Virus record (IMG/VR): IMGVR_UViG_3300032243_001902
Location: 1 to 47,340 of that record
Strand: one strand, 5' to 3'
Length of the DNA: 47,340 bases
From: a virus
Taxonomy: Duplodnaviria > Caudoviricetes
Below, in pieces: positions 28,847 to 38,552 of the stretch (its first letter is position 1; the number at the start of each line of letters is the position of its first letter). The position numbers were made by a program, and so were the translations under genes. Below the pieces are notes generated by a model. The model ran no database searches. It was not told the origin of the DNA and was given only the letters and a program-made list of their open reading frames with translations.

Positions 28847-29995
28847 CTACCATCCTTGTTTGATGCATTCAACGATATATTCTCTTTGTTCTTTTGTGAC
28901 CCACCATCCGACTGGTATTGATATCAATTTCTTTTCTACTTTATCTAGCGTAGGTAATAACGTTTTAAACTCTGACACACACGTATGAGTGTCATTTCTA
29001 GCATGAACTTGAGAAACCATTACGTTCTTTTCGCTCATATATTTCATGAAGTCCGATTTTCTTTCCACAAGCATGCTATAAATCCAGAAAGAAGATTCGA
29101 ATCCCGGTTCTCTAGTTAATGTAGTTATTCCAGAAATTTCTTTTAAAGTTTGATCATAATATGATGCATTATCTTTATGCACTTTTATGATGTCATCGAC
29201 CTTTTTTAGGTTTTCAATTCCAATCGTTGCACTAACATCATTCATGTGGAATTTAAATCCCCACTCCTTGATATCAGCTTCGCATCTAAAATCTTTTCTA
29301 TTCGACTCTCTATCAATTCCGTACCAACGAATCAATTTGCCACGATCATAAAGATTTTGATTAGGACAAACCAAAAGTCCACCGTCTACAGTAGTCAAGT
29401 GCTTTATTGCTTGAAAGCTAAATGTGCAAATATTACCATGAGAACCTATAGGGTTCTTTTTATACGTAGATCCAAAAGCATGAGCACAATCTTCAATTAT
29501 CATTGGCTCAAATCCGTAAAGTTCTTTTGTTTCCTGTTGAATCTTTTTTAATTCATCTAAGTCATTAGGATATCCTCCCCAATGTACGACCATAATGACT
29601 TTAGTCTTAGGAGTAATTTTTCTTCTTAAATCGTTCAAATCTAAATTTAAAGTAGTTGGATCGATATCTACCCATTTGATTTTTAAATTATTTGCAGGAA
29701 TAGGCCAATTTGTTGCTGTACAAGTTAAGGCTGTTGTTAAAACTTCATCGCCTTCTTTTAAACCTTCCCATTTAAAGTCTTTATCTGGAGATTTTAACAA
29801 ATGCAACGCCATGTGTTCCGCCGACGTTGCAGCATTCATCGTTAAGACATAGTCTTTTTGCAAACGATTTTTTAGTAAATTTTCAAACTCTTCGACTTTT
29901 GGACCTTGTCCAATATAACCAGATTTTAAAGTTTCAGCTGCTGCAAGAGGTGCAGAATCTGACATGAACACTTTGAATAAAGGTATAGTTTCCAT
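28847..29995 (-). CDS. DegT/DnrJ/EryC1/StrS sugar aminotransferase
   Basis: SGYIGQGPKVEEFE, IIEDCAHAFG, FSFQAIKHLTTVDGG (PLP lysine). Start set at METIPLFKV (29995). Confidence 0.93.
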   Translation of the reverse strand: METIPLFKVFMSDSAPLAAAETLKSGYIGQGPKVEEFENLLKNRLQKDYVLTMNAATSAEHMALHLLKSPDKDFKWEGLKEGDEVLTTALTCTATNWPIPANNLKIKWVDIDPTTLNLDLNDLRRKITPKTKVIMVVHWGGYPNDLDELKKIQQETKELYGFEPMIIEDCAHAFGSTYKKNPIGSHGNICTFSFQAIKHLTTVDGGLLVCPNQNLYDRGKLIRWYGIDRESNRKDFRCEADIKEWGFKFHMNDVSATIGIENLKKVDDIIKVHKDNASYYDQTLKEISGITTLTREPGFESSFWIYSMLVERKSDFMKYMSEKNVMVSQVHARNDTHTCVSEFKTLLPTLDKVEKKLISIPVGWWVTKEQREYIVECIKQGW

Positions 29996-29999
29996 GCAA

Positions 30000-30980
30000 T
30001 TACTTTCTTGTTTGTTCTTCAATCCAGCTATAAGTCTTTTCAATTCCTTGTCGTAAAGTCATGGAAGGTTTCCATCCAAGCTTTTCCTCAATCAGTCTAT
30101 TATCAGAATTTCTGCCCATAACGCCTGCAGGACCTTCGACGTTTTTTATTTTTAAATCTTTTGAGGAAACATCAATAATCATTTTTGCAAATTCATTAAT
30201 TGAAATCATTTCCTCTGAACCAATGTTAACAGGACCTTCAAACGTTGAATCCATTAAACGTCTTATTCCTTCAACACATTCATCAACATACAAGAAAGAT
30301 CTTGTTTGCTTACCTGGTCCCCAAACTTCAATAAAGTCTCCATTTTTAGATTCTGCAACTTTTCTACAAAGGGCAGCAGGAGCTTTTTCTTTTCCACCCT
30401 TCCACGTTCCTTCAGGTCCAAAAATGTTATGGAATCTTGCAACTCTGACTTTTAAACCATAGTTTCTAGCAAAAGAAAAATATAATCTTTCGCTAAATAA
30501 CTTTTCCCATCCATATTCACTATCTGGTGCGGCTGGGTATGCGGAATCTTCGCTACATTTTGGGTTTTCTGGATCTTCCTGATTGTATGCTGGGTACATG
30601 CATGCAGACGATGAATAAAAAATCTTTGAAAGAGTTTTAAACTTTGATGCTGTATGGGCAACATTTAAGTTTATTGTTGCAGAATTATGCATGACATCTG
30701 CATCATGTTCACCAGTAAAAATATATCCAGCGCCTCCCATATCGGCAGCTAGCTGATAAATTTCGTCAAATCCTTTATCCCAAGAATCTGTTATCTGTAA
30801 GACTTTTTTTACGACGTGTTGATCTCGTAAATCCGCTATGATAAATTCATCCGCTACTGATGAACTAAATTCAGGATGTTTTAAATCAACACCTCTAACC
30901 CAGTAACCTTCGGATTTTAAACGCTTGACTAGATGAGATCCAATAAAGCCGCCTGCACCACAAACTAAAGCTTTCTTCAT
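30000..30980 (-). CDS. GDP-mannose 3',5'-epimerase-like SDR
   Basis: GAGGFIG, LAADMGGAGYI, YSSSACMYP, YGWEK, RFHNIFGP, GGKEKAPAA; the Cys and Lys acid/base residues of GME are present. Confidence 0.88.
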   Translation of the reverse strand: MKKALVCGAGGFIGSHLVKRLKSEGYWVRGVDLKHPEFSSSVADEFIIADLRDQHVVKKVLQITDSWDKGFDEIYQLAADMGGAGYIFTGEHDADVMHNSATINLNVAHTASKFKTLSKIFYSSSACMYPAYNQEDPENPKCSEDSAYPAAPDSEYGWEKLFSERLYFSFARNYGLKVRVARFHNIFGPEGTWKGGKEKAPAALCRKVAESKNGDFIEVWGPGKQTRSFLYVDECVEGIRRLMDSTFEGPVNIGSEEMISINEFAKMIIDVSSKDLKIKNVEGPAGVMGRNSDNRLIEEKLGWKPSMTLRQGIEKTYSWIEEQTRK

Positions 30981-32656
30981 ATAGCCTTTTTTTCAACAAT
31001 AACATTATAATCGTAGAAATACAAGTAATCAATGTTAGTATTCAAAAAACAATTTATTGCATGCTCAGGAGTTTCGCATATAGGTTCTCTATCATTAAAG
31101 CTGGTGTTTAAAACCATAGGAACACCTGAATATTCATACCATTTTTTGATAAAATTGTAATACCACGGATTTAGATCATGAGTAACAGTTTGTAATCTAC
31201 CTGAACCGTCAACATGGACGACGCCTGGTACTCTTGACTCTGAACCTGGTTTAAATTGTATTATTTTGTCCATGTAAGGACTGCTGATATCTTTTTCAAA
31301 CCATTCTGCTACATGTTCTCTTAGAATTGAAGGCGCAAAAGGTCTAAACCATGCTCTGTGTTTTACTTTTTGATTAATTACGTTTTTGATGTTATGATTT
31401 CGTGGATCAGCTAAAATGCTTCTACAACCAAGAGCTCTTCTACCAGACTCTGACCCTCCGCCAAATATTGCAATAACTTTTTCATTTGCTAAATGATGAA
31501 TAACTTCTTCATCATCACAAATCTTATAAGAAATTTTATTAGAAACTTTCTCAATATCAGATAAAACCCTATCTTTTGAAAAGGTTTGCCCTAAATAAGG
31601 AGATAAAATTTCTTTTATTCTGGGGTTGTCTAACATATGATGCCAAACATACTGGCATGCGCCAATAGTCAAACCTCCATCATAAGGTGTAGGTGTAACA
31701 TAGATGTTATCAATGTACTTTGAAAATCTATCATACATCTTACCTACTGCAACAGTATTAAGTGCTACTCCTCCAGATAGACACAGATTTCTAGAGTTAG
31801 ATTTTGCAAGATAAGTCTCCATAGTTTCAAACAAAATTTGTTCAGTTGCCATTTGTAATCCGCCTGCAACATCAAATGAATCTTGTTCTGATTGATTGGA
31901 AATTTGCTTTAGTTTTAGTATATTATTTCTTGAAGTTTCTTTATGCTTTTCAAAATTTACAAGCAAAGGTATAAGCATTGAAGCATATTCTTTTGCTTTT
32001 TCTGAATTAGCAAAAGAAGCCATGGCCATTACTGTTCCTGCTTGAGAACCTCTAGGGTATCCTGTACTTAAACCAAAAACGTTCTTCACACAAAGATCCC
32101 AACACATTCCTATGTTGAGTTTATGTTGGTCTTTCTTTGCTTCTTCAATAGGAGTTATTTTATTGTTTTTTCCTTCATATACAAAAAATGATCCGCAACG
32201 TTGAGGATCATCATTTGATGGTTCATGTCCCCCACCATCTATTGTAAAAATTATTGCATCATCATATGTGCTAGAAAAGAAAGTATTAGCGGCGTGACTA
32301 GTATGATGAGGGACAAAGATAACTTTTCTACCTTTTTTTTCGCTTAATAATTCGACTTTATTAATGCATTCTCTAAATGCATCATCTGAAACTCCTTTTG
32401 GACAATGCTTTTCAGTAGGTGGATTTCCGTAACAACCAAACCTATGACGAGAAATTGATGGTTGACTAACTGTCACCCAGTAATCGATTGATTCAATTAT
32501 GTCATTATGATCTTCAAATACATATTCTAACGTATTTGACATGGTTTCCTTCATCCGATTGTATCGTTCAATTTCTGCATGAATCAATACCTTACCATCT
32601 TTCATAATGCAATAAGAAGCATCATGTGAAGGCCACCAAGAACATATTAAAGTCAT
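30977..32656 (-). CDS. Carbamoyltransferase (NodU/CmcH family), copy 1
   Basis: HDAS, ERYNR, HHTSHA, IDGGG, LSGGVALN, DGG..IG, ESGRRALGCRSILADP, VKHRAWFRPFAP, VHVDGSGRLQTV, LNTSFN. Confidence 0.93.
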   Translation of the reverse strand: MTLICSWWPSHDASYCIMKDGKVLIHAEIERYNRMKETMSNTLEYVFEDHNDIIESIDYWVTVSQPSISRHRFGCYGNPPTEKHCPKGVSDDAFRECINKVELLSEKKGRKVIFVPHHTSHAANTFFSSTYDDAIIFTIDGGGHEPSNDDPQRCGSFFVYEGKNNKITPIEEAKKDQHKLNIGMCWDLCVKNVFGLSTGYPRGSQAGTVMAMASFANSEKAKEYASMLIPLLVNFEKHKETSRNNILKLKQISNQSEQDSFDVAGGLQMATEQILFETMETYLAKSNSRNLCLSGGVALNTVAVGKMYDRFSKYIDNIYVTPTPYDGGLTIGACQYVWHHMLDNPRIKEILSPYLGQTFSKDRVLSDIEKVSNKISYKICDDEEVIHHLANEKVIAIFGGGSESGRRALGCRSILADPRNHNIKNVINQKVKHRAWFRPFAPSILREHVAEWFEKDISSPYMDKIIQFKPGSESRVPGVVHVDGSGRLQTVTHDLNPWYYNFIKKWYEYSGVPMVLNTSFNDREPICETPEHAINCFLNTNIDYLYFYDYNVIVEKKAI

Positions 32657-32662
32657 ATATTT

Positions 32663-33430
32663 TTACCTAGTTCCACGAACGCCGATATCAATTTTATACT
32701 CATTAAGCATGTTGGTTAATCTATTTCCGTGATGAGACACGTTCCACTTACCTTTTCCAACAGCGGTACAAATGTAAGGCCAAATTTCAGGTTCCCAATG
32801 GTATTTTCCAGTCTTGAGAGAACCTCCGTAATAATAAGAACCTTTTGTTTTTATTTCTCTCATCCCTTTATCCCACTCACGAGATTCTAACCACATTTGA
32901 GATTTCACATGTTCATATAGTTTAATGAAGTCTTTCTTTTTCCACAATGTAGATTGCATCATAAATGCAAATGAATCTGGATCTAACACATGTGCGTCAT
33001 AGATGTTGTCATCTAACTTAATATCATCAAATGATTTCATTTTTAGTTCGGGTCTGTGAATTGCGCCTTCTAACATTACCTTTAATAATCTAACAAAACT
33101 ATAATCTGAAGATTCTAAAAAGTTTTTGCATCTCTTAACTTCGTTATAGTTTACCTGATTATCAAGAAAAAAATCTTCTTGTTGATAAATTAGATAGTTT
33201 TCTTTTACGGAATCTAGAGATTTAGTCCATTGGACATAATAAGGGTCTGAATCATTATACAGAATAATTTGATGATTCCCTACGTCAAATTTTGGATATT
33301 CATTTGTTAAAACATAACTTTTAATTTGAGATGCAAACTTATCAAGTTGTTTTAAATGGATGTTTAAAACATCATGACATTTTGAGTTTGTATATGTTAT
33401 AACGCTAATATCTTCTAATAGATTTGACAT
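32663..33430 (-). CDS. Putative GT-A glycosyltransferase
   Basis: ISVITYTNS...YLIYQQEDFFL (DxD-like ED), QSTLWKK, AVGKGKW; glycan-cluster context. Confidence 0.55.
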   Translation of the reverse strand: MSNLLEDISVITYTNSKCHDVLNIHLKQLDKFASQIKSYVLTNEYPKFDVGNHQIILYNDSDPYYVQWTKSLDSVKENYLIYQQEDFFLDNQVNYNEVKRCKNFLESSDYSFVRLLKVMLEGAIHRPELKMKSFDDIKLDDNIYDAHVLDPDSFAFMMQSTLWKKKDFIKLYEHVKSQMWLESREWDKGMREIKTKGSYYYGGSLKTGKYHWEPEIWPYICTAVGKGKWNVSHHGNRLTNMLNEYKIDIGVRGTR

Positions 33431-33439
33431 ATGTTTTTA

Positions 33440-34252
33440 TCACTTGACTTTCTTCAAAAATTCTGCTGCATCAATGCATCCTTGTTTTGTTTTTGCATAA
33501 CAATGATGATCAAAATATTCTTCAGAAGTTATAACTGGAACTTTTAACTTGTGTAATATCCAGCTGTATCCCGTTTGTTCGCAACAGGCAAAAATTTTTG
33601 ATTTATAGTCAGGATTTTCAGGAAAGTGTATTACGTTAGATACGTCGACTTTTGACATTTGCAAGCCTACGTCAAATGATTCCTTGACGCAATTAAGATA
33701 ATTTTTTGAAAACCCTAAAACACCTATGTTGTAACCAAAAAAGTTATCTGTTCCAATCGTTTTTTCGCAAACGTATCTTTCACTCCAATAATACCTTCCC
33801 TCAGATACGTTTCTTTCTTTTTTCCAAAGAATAGCTCCATTTAAGTCTTGGACTAGTCCGTCAATGTTCTTTTTACAAGTTAAATCGTTATCTAATTTTA
33901 AAAAATCTTCTCCATTTTTTTGACATTCTTTTGCGTGTTCTAGGGAATGCATCATTGCGGGGAAAAAACAATATTCATGTTGCTTCCACTCGTCAAGTTT
34001 ATCCGACCAATCAACAAGTTTTAAATTTTTTGTAGAAACATCATACTTCTCTATATAAGAGAGTAATCCTTCAACATCATCAGTGTTGATGATGTATTCC
34101 TTTTCAGGATTGTGATGCAAAAACGTTGCAATAGAAGCAGCGGAGTAAGATTGTATATAGTCTTTACTTCTATACCCTGTATGACTCCAAACGCGGCCGC
34201 TTGATTTCATTCTATCAAAATCGTAAGAAAAAACTAAGCTAACAATTCTCAT
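33440..34252 (-). CDS. Putative GT-A (GT8-like) glycosyltransferase
   Basis: SIATF...IINTDD...FLKLDND (DxD)...YNIGVLGF...EQ...HHCY. Confidence 0.55.
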   Translation of the reverse strand: MRIVSLVFSYDFDRMKSSGRVWSHTGYRSKDYIQSYSAASIATFLHHNPEKEYIINTDDVEGLLSYIEKYDVSTKNLKLVDWSDKLDEWKQHEYCFFPAMMHSLEHAKECQKNGEDFLKLDNDLTCKKNIDGLVQDLNGAILWKKERNVSEGRYYWSERYVCEKTIGTDNFFGYNIGVLGFSKNYLNCVKESFDVGLQMSKVDVSNVIHFPENPDYKSKIFACCEQTGYSWILHKLKVPVITSEEYFDHHCYAKTKQGCIDAAEFLKKVK

Positions 34253-34267
34253 TTTTATGTTTCCCTT

Positions 34268-35092
34268 TTACTTTATTAAATGAGAAAATTTTTCTCTATT
34301 ATTAAAAACATACTTTGGAAAAGATTCATCTAATTGAACATAAATTTGTCTAGGCTTGTCATGTCGTCCAAACAAATCTATGCCTGATTCTATCACCTTG
34401 TTGATTCTTTCTCTATCTTTTATTTTTTCATTATCAAATTCAGCATGAGAAAAACTTTCAATCTTTAATGCTATTGAATCAGCACCTCCGATATATGAAA
34501 AATGCCAACCTGAATTATGAATAACGTTGCTATTATTCCCTCTAGCATCTCTCATCTTTTGCGCACCCGGGAAAAAATTAAACAAACATGCTGTCGTACC
34601 TAACCAAGGTTCTGGTGTGTTTCCAGATACACACAATCCATTAAGATAATAATAGAACAATGATTGTTTAAAGACAACTATACGTTTATTATCATCAATC
34701 AATTTCTTTTTAGCTTCTTCTATTGATGAAGTATTTGGAATTTCATCGACGTCAGATAATAAGATCATATCTTCGTCTTTGCATTCTTTTAATCCTCTTT
34801 CAACACAATTTCTTTGAAACCACTCTATATCATGTCTGTTATGGAAAGTACCCATTCTTCCAGGTCTGGGTGGAATGTTAGGCGTATCATTTACTTTGAC
34901 ATGAATTATTTTGTGTAAAAATTTATCAAATCTTGTTTTTGATTCTTCAAAATAAAAAGGTTTTTCTTTACTTGAGTGAGTAGTCGAAGACTCTACCAAT
35001 ACAAATTTATCTACAACGTCGTTTAATTCATTAAGGCGTATTTCCAATAAATCTAATTCATTAAAAAACAAAAAACAATCATAAACTTTCAT
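34268..35092 (-). CDS. Glycosyltransferase family 17 (MGAT3/GnT-III-like)
   Basis: YDCFLFFNELDLLEIRLNEL...FVLVES..THS, E.FQRN, LSDVDEIP, GWHFSY, KIESFSH. Confidence 0.9.
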   Translation of the reverse strand: MKVYDCFLFFNELDLLEIRLNELNDVVDKFVLVESSTTHSSKEKPFYFEESKTRFDKFLHKIIHVKVNDTPNIPPRPGRMGTFHNRHDIEWFQRNCVERGLKECKDEDMILLSDVDEIPNTSSIEEAKKKLIDDNKRIVVFKQSLFYYYLNGLCVSGNTPEPWLGTTACLFNFFPGAQKMRDARGNNSNVIHNSGWHFSYIGGADSIALKIESFSHAEFDNEKIKDRERINKVIESGIDLFGRHDKPRQIYVQLDESFPKYVFNNREKFSHLIK

Positions 35093-35943
35093 TGAAATTG
35101 ATCCTTTGATTTAAGAATATTTGTATAATCATCTCTAATATCATTTACTGAAATTTCTATGTTGTGTTCTGCATGAGATTGAATTTCTAACCCTCTTGCT
35201 GAATGATTAACAGGAGTGGTTTTCATCATTCCTTTATCTAAAACGCCTGTTTTTATTTTTTCTTTTTCAAAAGCAGGCGCTGCCCAAGCTTCAAACCCTT
35301 GTAAAACTTTGCTAGTATTTCCTTGTAATTCAACAATTTTATTAAAAAAGCTTGTTCTCCATACGATCGGTCTTGAAGTATAATGCCAGTTATTTTTGTA
35401 AAAAATACGATTTCCTACTTCAAACGGACCTTCCCATTTTAATTTTTCGTTTGTTACACAATTATAATGTCTAATTGAATCTGGATTTATCGATTTTGGA
35501 GTTTTATCAGCATCATATAAATGGTTTTGATCAAAATCATAAGCAGGTATTCTTACACATGATACATCTTGATTTTGATCCATAAAAGAAATTACTTCAT
35601 CGAACGCATCATCATATGCTATAAAATCATCATACAAAAAGCACATATAATCGATGTTGTTATCTCTTGCATACCAAGCTGTTGTATAAAACAATGCAAC
35701 GTCAAAATGATTTCTTTTATAATGAAAAAATTCAGAAAATCTATCTGAAGATTTTAACTTATTTTTGACTTCATCAATTGAAGAATTATCAATTGAAATA
35801 AATTCGATTTGATCACTTTTAAAAGTTTTTAATGATTCTAAACTGTTATAAAAATCCAACAGTCTATTGTCTTTATTTTTTTGAGTTACATAAGTTAAAT
35901 AACCGATAGTCATTCTTTTCATTTTTAAATTTTTAAACCTCAA
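35089..35943 (-). CDS. Putative GT2-like glycosyltransferase
   Basis: SLESL...FISIDNSS...YMCFLYDDF; start uncertain (TTG 35943 or a downstream ATG). Confidence 0.6.
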   Translation of the reverse strand: MRFKNLKMKRMTIGYLTYVTQKNKDNRLLDFYNSLESLKTFKSDQIEFISIDNSSIDEVKNKLKSSDRFSEFFHYKRNHFDVALFYTTAWYARDNNIDYMCFLYDDFIAYDDAFDEVISFMDQNQDVSCVRIPAYDFDQNHLYDADKTPKSINPDSIRHYNCVTNEKLKWEGPFEVGNRIFYKNNWHYTSRPIVWRTSFFNKIVELQGNTSKVLQGFEAWAAPAFEKEKIKTGVLDKGMMKTTPVNHSARGLEIQSHAEHNIEISVNDIRDDYTNILKSKDQFQ

Positions 35944-36881
35944 ATCATTGAATCTATCAATTCAAGATAGCTTTTAAGGCATCTTTCAAAAGATAAAAAG
36001 TTGTAATCAATTTTTGAAATTAAATTGTTATAATCTTGAAATGTTTGTTCTATCTTTTCCGGTAATTCTTCTACGTTAGAAAAAGAAATTCCATGGTTTA
36101 TGCATCCTTCCACAATACCTCCACCATCTCTATGATATATCACTGGCATACCTGATGCTGCACCTTCTATATGGTGCATTCCGCAAGGTTCCCAACGAGA
36201 AGCCGTAACATAAACGTCATGCTTTCTTAACTCATTACCAAGTTCTTTGCCGTGAAGAGGTTGAATTATTTTTGTAGCTTTTGGAGAGTATTCTTTAGCG
36301 TAACGTCCAATATACGTAAATTGATATTTACTAGGATGTTCTTGACATAGTTGATCAAGATACTTGTAAGCATCAAATCCTTTCATCCAGTTGTCACTCC
36401 AATGATGTGTAACAATTTTAATTGGTGTTTGGATTACTTTATTTTGCAAATTTTCTAAAGGATAAAAGTGTGAAACGTCGCATCCATTATAAATCACATG
36501 ACTATTCTTTTTAAATCCTTTATTGATGAAATAATCACGCAACCAAAAACTAATAAAAACAGTTTCTGTTGCAAATTGATTTGATATTAACAAAATTTCA
36601 TCAATATCATTAGTGTTTTTTCTTGCATCACATTCATTAATTCTATGAAGAATTTTTACTTTTGGATGTCGGCTCTTATAAGCTGCAATTTCATTTATAG
36701 AAATTCCAAGTTCATCGTAGCGAGGATCATGCATTACAATTAAATCAATGTCATTATGAGACATATCATATGCAATCGTATGACCACGCTTTAATAAAGC
36801 ATCATGAAGAGATTTTAAAAAATTGTTTCCGCCTCCATAAGGTCCAGAAACAATTTTTCTGTTTATTAAAATTTTAGCCAT
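35940..36881 (-). CDS. Glycosyltransferase, GT4
   Basis: GPYGGGNNF, VIYNGCD, KGFD, ASRWEPCGMHHIEGAASGMPV. Start set at ATG 36881. Confidence 0.88.
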   Translation of the reverse strand: MAKILINRKIVSGPYGGGNNFLKSLHDALLKRGHTIAYDMSHNDIDLIVMHDPRYDELGISINEIAAYKSRHPKVKILHRINECDARKNTNDIDEILLISNQFATETVFISFWLRDYFINKGFKKNSHVIYNGCDVSHFYPLENLQNKVIQTPIKIVTHHWSDNWMKGFDAYKYLDQLCQEHPSKYQFTYIGRYAKEYSPKATKIIQPLHGKELGNELRKHDVYVTASRWEPCGMHHIEGAASGMPVIYHRDGGGIVEGCINHGISFSNVEELPEKIEQTFQDYNNLISKIDYNFLSFERCLKSYLELIDSMI

Positions 36882-36882
36882 G

Positions 36883-38517
36883 TCATGACTTTCTACTAAG
36901 AACAATCGAATACTCTGGAAAGAACAAGTAATCGATTCTCGTGCCTAAGAAACATCTAATTGAATGTGAAGCATCTTCACAAATTGGTTCTCTATCATTA
37001 AAGCTGGTATTAAGAATAATAGGAACTCCTGATTTTTCTTTCCATTTTAATAAGAAGTTGTAGTACCATTCGTTGTCTTCTTTTCTAACGGTTTGCAATC
37101 TTGCAGTACCATCTTGGTGAACTACTGCAGGAACTAATGGCTTCTTTTCTTCTTTAAAATTTAGTACAAATTGCATGTAAGGGCTCTCTTGATAATCGAC
37201 GAACCAATCATGAGCATCTGTTTCTAAAATTGAAGGAGCAAAAGGACGGAACCACTTTCTATGCTTAACCTTTTCATTAATGATATCTTTCATATCATGA
37301 CGTCGAGGATCTGCAAGGATGCTTCTATTACCTAACGCTCTTCGGCCTGATTCACTTTGACCATTAAAGACGGCAACAATATTTCCATCATTTAGATAAT
37401 CTACTAATTGATCAACCGTACAAGGGTTAACATCTACTGGATAGTTTTTTACAACATTATCAAAATGTTCCTTGCTCCAATTTTCGCCAAGATATGGTGT
37501 GAAGTTTTGATTCCAATTAATTCTTGGATTTCCTAATACTTCATGCCAAACAATTTGAGCTGCGCCAATTGCCAAACCACCATCATATGGAACAGGTGGA
37601 ATATAAATGTTTTCAATCTCGCCAGGGAACCAAGATTTTATCTTGCCCATTGCAACAGAATTTAATGATACCCCACCTGAGATACAAAGATTTTTTGTTT
37701 TTACTAGGCTAGAATCAATAGCATGTCTTATGATTTGTTTAAGTAAATCTTCAGTTGCTAATTGAAGACCTGCAGCAAGGTCAAATTTGTCTTGTTCTGA
37801 TTTTCTGGCTATAACCGCCCAAGGTTCAAGATACGGATGTTGCGGGTCAGCGTCTGAAGTTGCTCCAGGCGGCTGATTATGCGGTTTTACGCTTGAAGGA
37901 AGTATGTCAACTGTTAACATTTTTAAGAAATCTTGATGATATTTCTTAGCATCACCAAATGCTGCCATAGCCATGACAGTTCCTTCTTCACCTCCTAATG
38001 GCCATCCGTTTTGGAGCTTAAAAACGTATCTTGTAATTCTCGTCCAAACTCCTCCAATGTTAACTTCGTATGGTTTAAACGTTCTCAAGTTTTTCATTGA
38101 GCAATCTTTACCATACCAAATAGTACAAGCCGTTTCGCCTCCATTTTCATCCTCAGAACCTCCGCCATCTATTGTTAGAACAATAGCTTCATCAAGATTG
38201 CTAGAATAAAAAGCATTTGCGGCGTGGGCTTTATGGTGAGAAAAGAAATGAAACTTTCCACCATTCTTTTTGCATGTTTCTTCAACTAGTTTGTAAGAAG
38301 CTTCATATTGCTTGGTCTTTTTCATTGGATGAACAGATGCAAAATGTGACACTTGCTCTGCATCACCCTTTGATCTTTCAAACATAAATTTTACTGCATC
38401 ACCAGGAGGAGATTTTTCACGATTATATCTCTCATATTCCGCATGAATGAGAGGCATTCCATTTTCTAAAATACAAAATGAACAATCATGACCAGGCCAT
38501 ATTCCAGCTATCTTCAT
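36883..38517 (-). CDS. Carbamoyltransferase (NodU/CmcH family), copy 2
   Basis: GHDCS, ERYNR, HHKAHA, IDGGG, ISGGVSLN, ESGRRALGNRSILADP, VKHRKWFRPFAP, VHQDGTARLQTV, LNTSFN. Confidence 0.93.
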   Translation of the reverse strand: MKIAGIWPGHDCSFCILENGMPLIHAEYERYNREKSPPGDAVKFMFERSKGDAEQVSHFASVHPMKKTKQYEASYKLVEETCKKNGGKFHFFSHHKAHAANAFYSSNLDEAIVLTIDGGGSEDENGGETACTIWYGKDCSMKNLRTFKPYEVNIGGVWTRITRYVFKLQNGWPLGGEEGTVMAMAAFGDAKKYHQDFLKMLTVDILPSSVKPHNQPPGATSDADPQHPYLEPWAVIARKSEQDKFDLAAGLQLATEDLLKQIIRHAIDSSLVKTKNLCISGGVSLNSVAMGKIKSWFPGEIENIYIPPVPYDGGLAIGAAQIVWHEVLGNPRINWNQNFTPYLGENWSKEHFDNVVKNYPVDVNPCTVDQLVDYLNDGNIVAVFNGQSESGRRALGNRSILADPRRHDMKDIINEKVKHRKWFRPFAPSILETDAHDWFVDYQESPYMQFVLNFKEEKKPLVPAVVHQDGTARLQTVRKEDNEWYYNFLLKWKEKSGVPIILNTSFNDREPICEDASHSIRCFLGTRIDYLFFPEYSIVLSRKS

Positions 38518-38525
38518 AAGACAAG

Positions 38526-38531
38526 ATTATA
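38526..38531 (-). promoter_or_regulatory. Candidate -10 box (TATAAT)
   Basis: Consensus TATAAT 8 nt before ATG 38517 in a 35-bp gap; no clear -35. Confidence 0.4.
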
Positions 38532-38552
38532 TCCTTTAAAAGCAAAAAATTT

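Noticed and set aside
29996-30043. N-terminal extensions in the ORF track for the aminotransferase (also GNAT 28846-28872 and GT4 36882-36905)
   Set aside because: They overlap upstream genes; ATGs just after the upstream stops match the family N-termini better.
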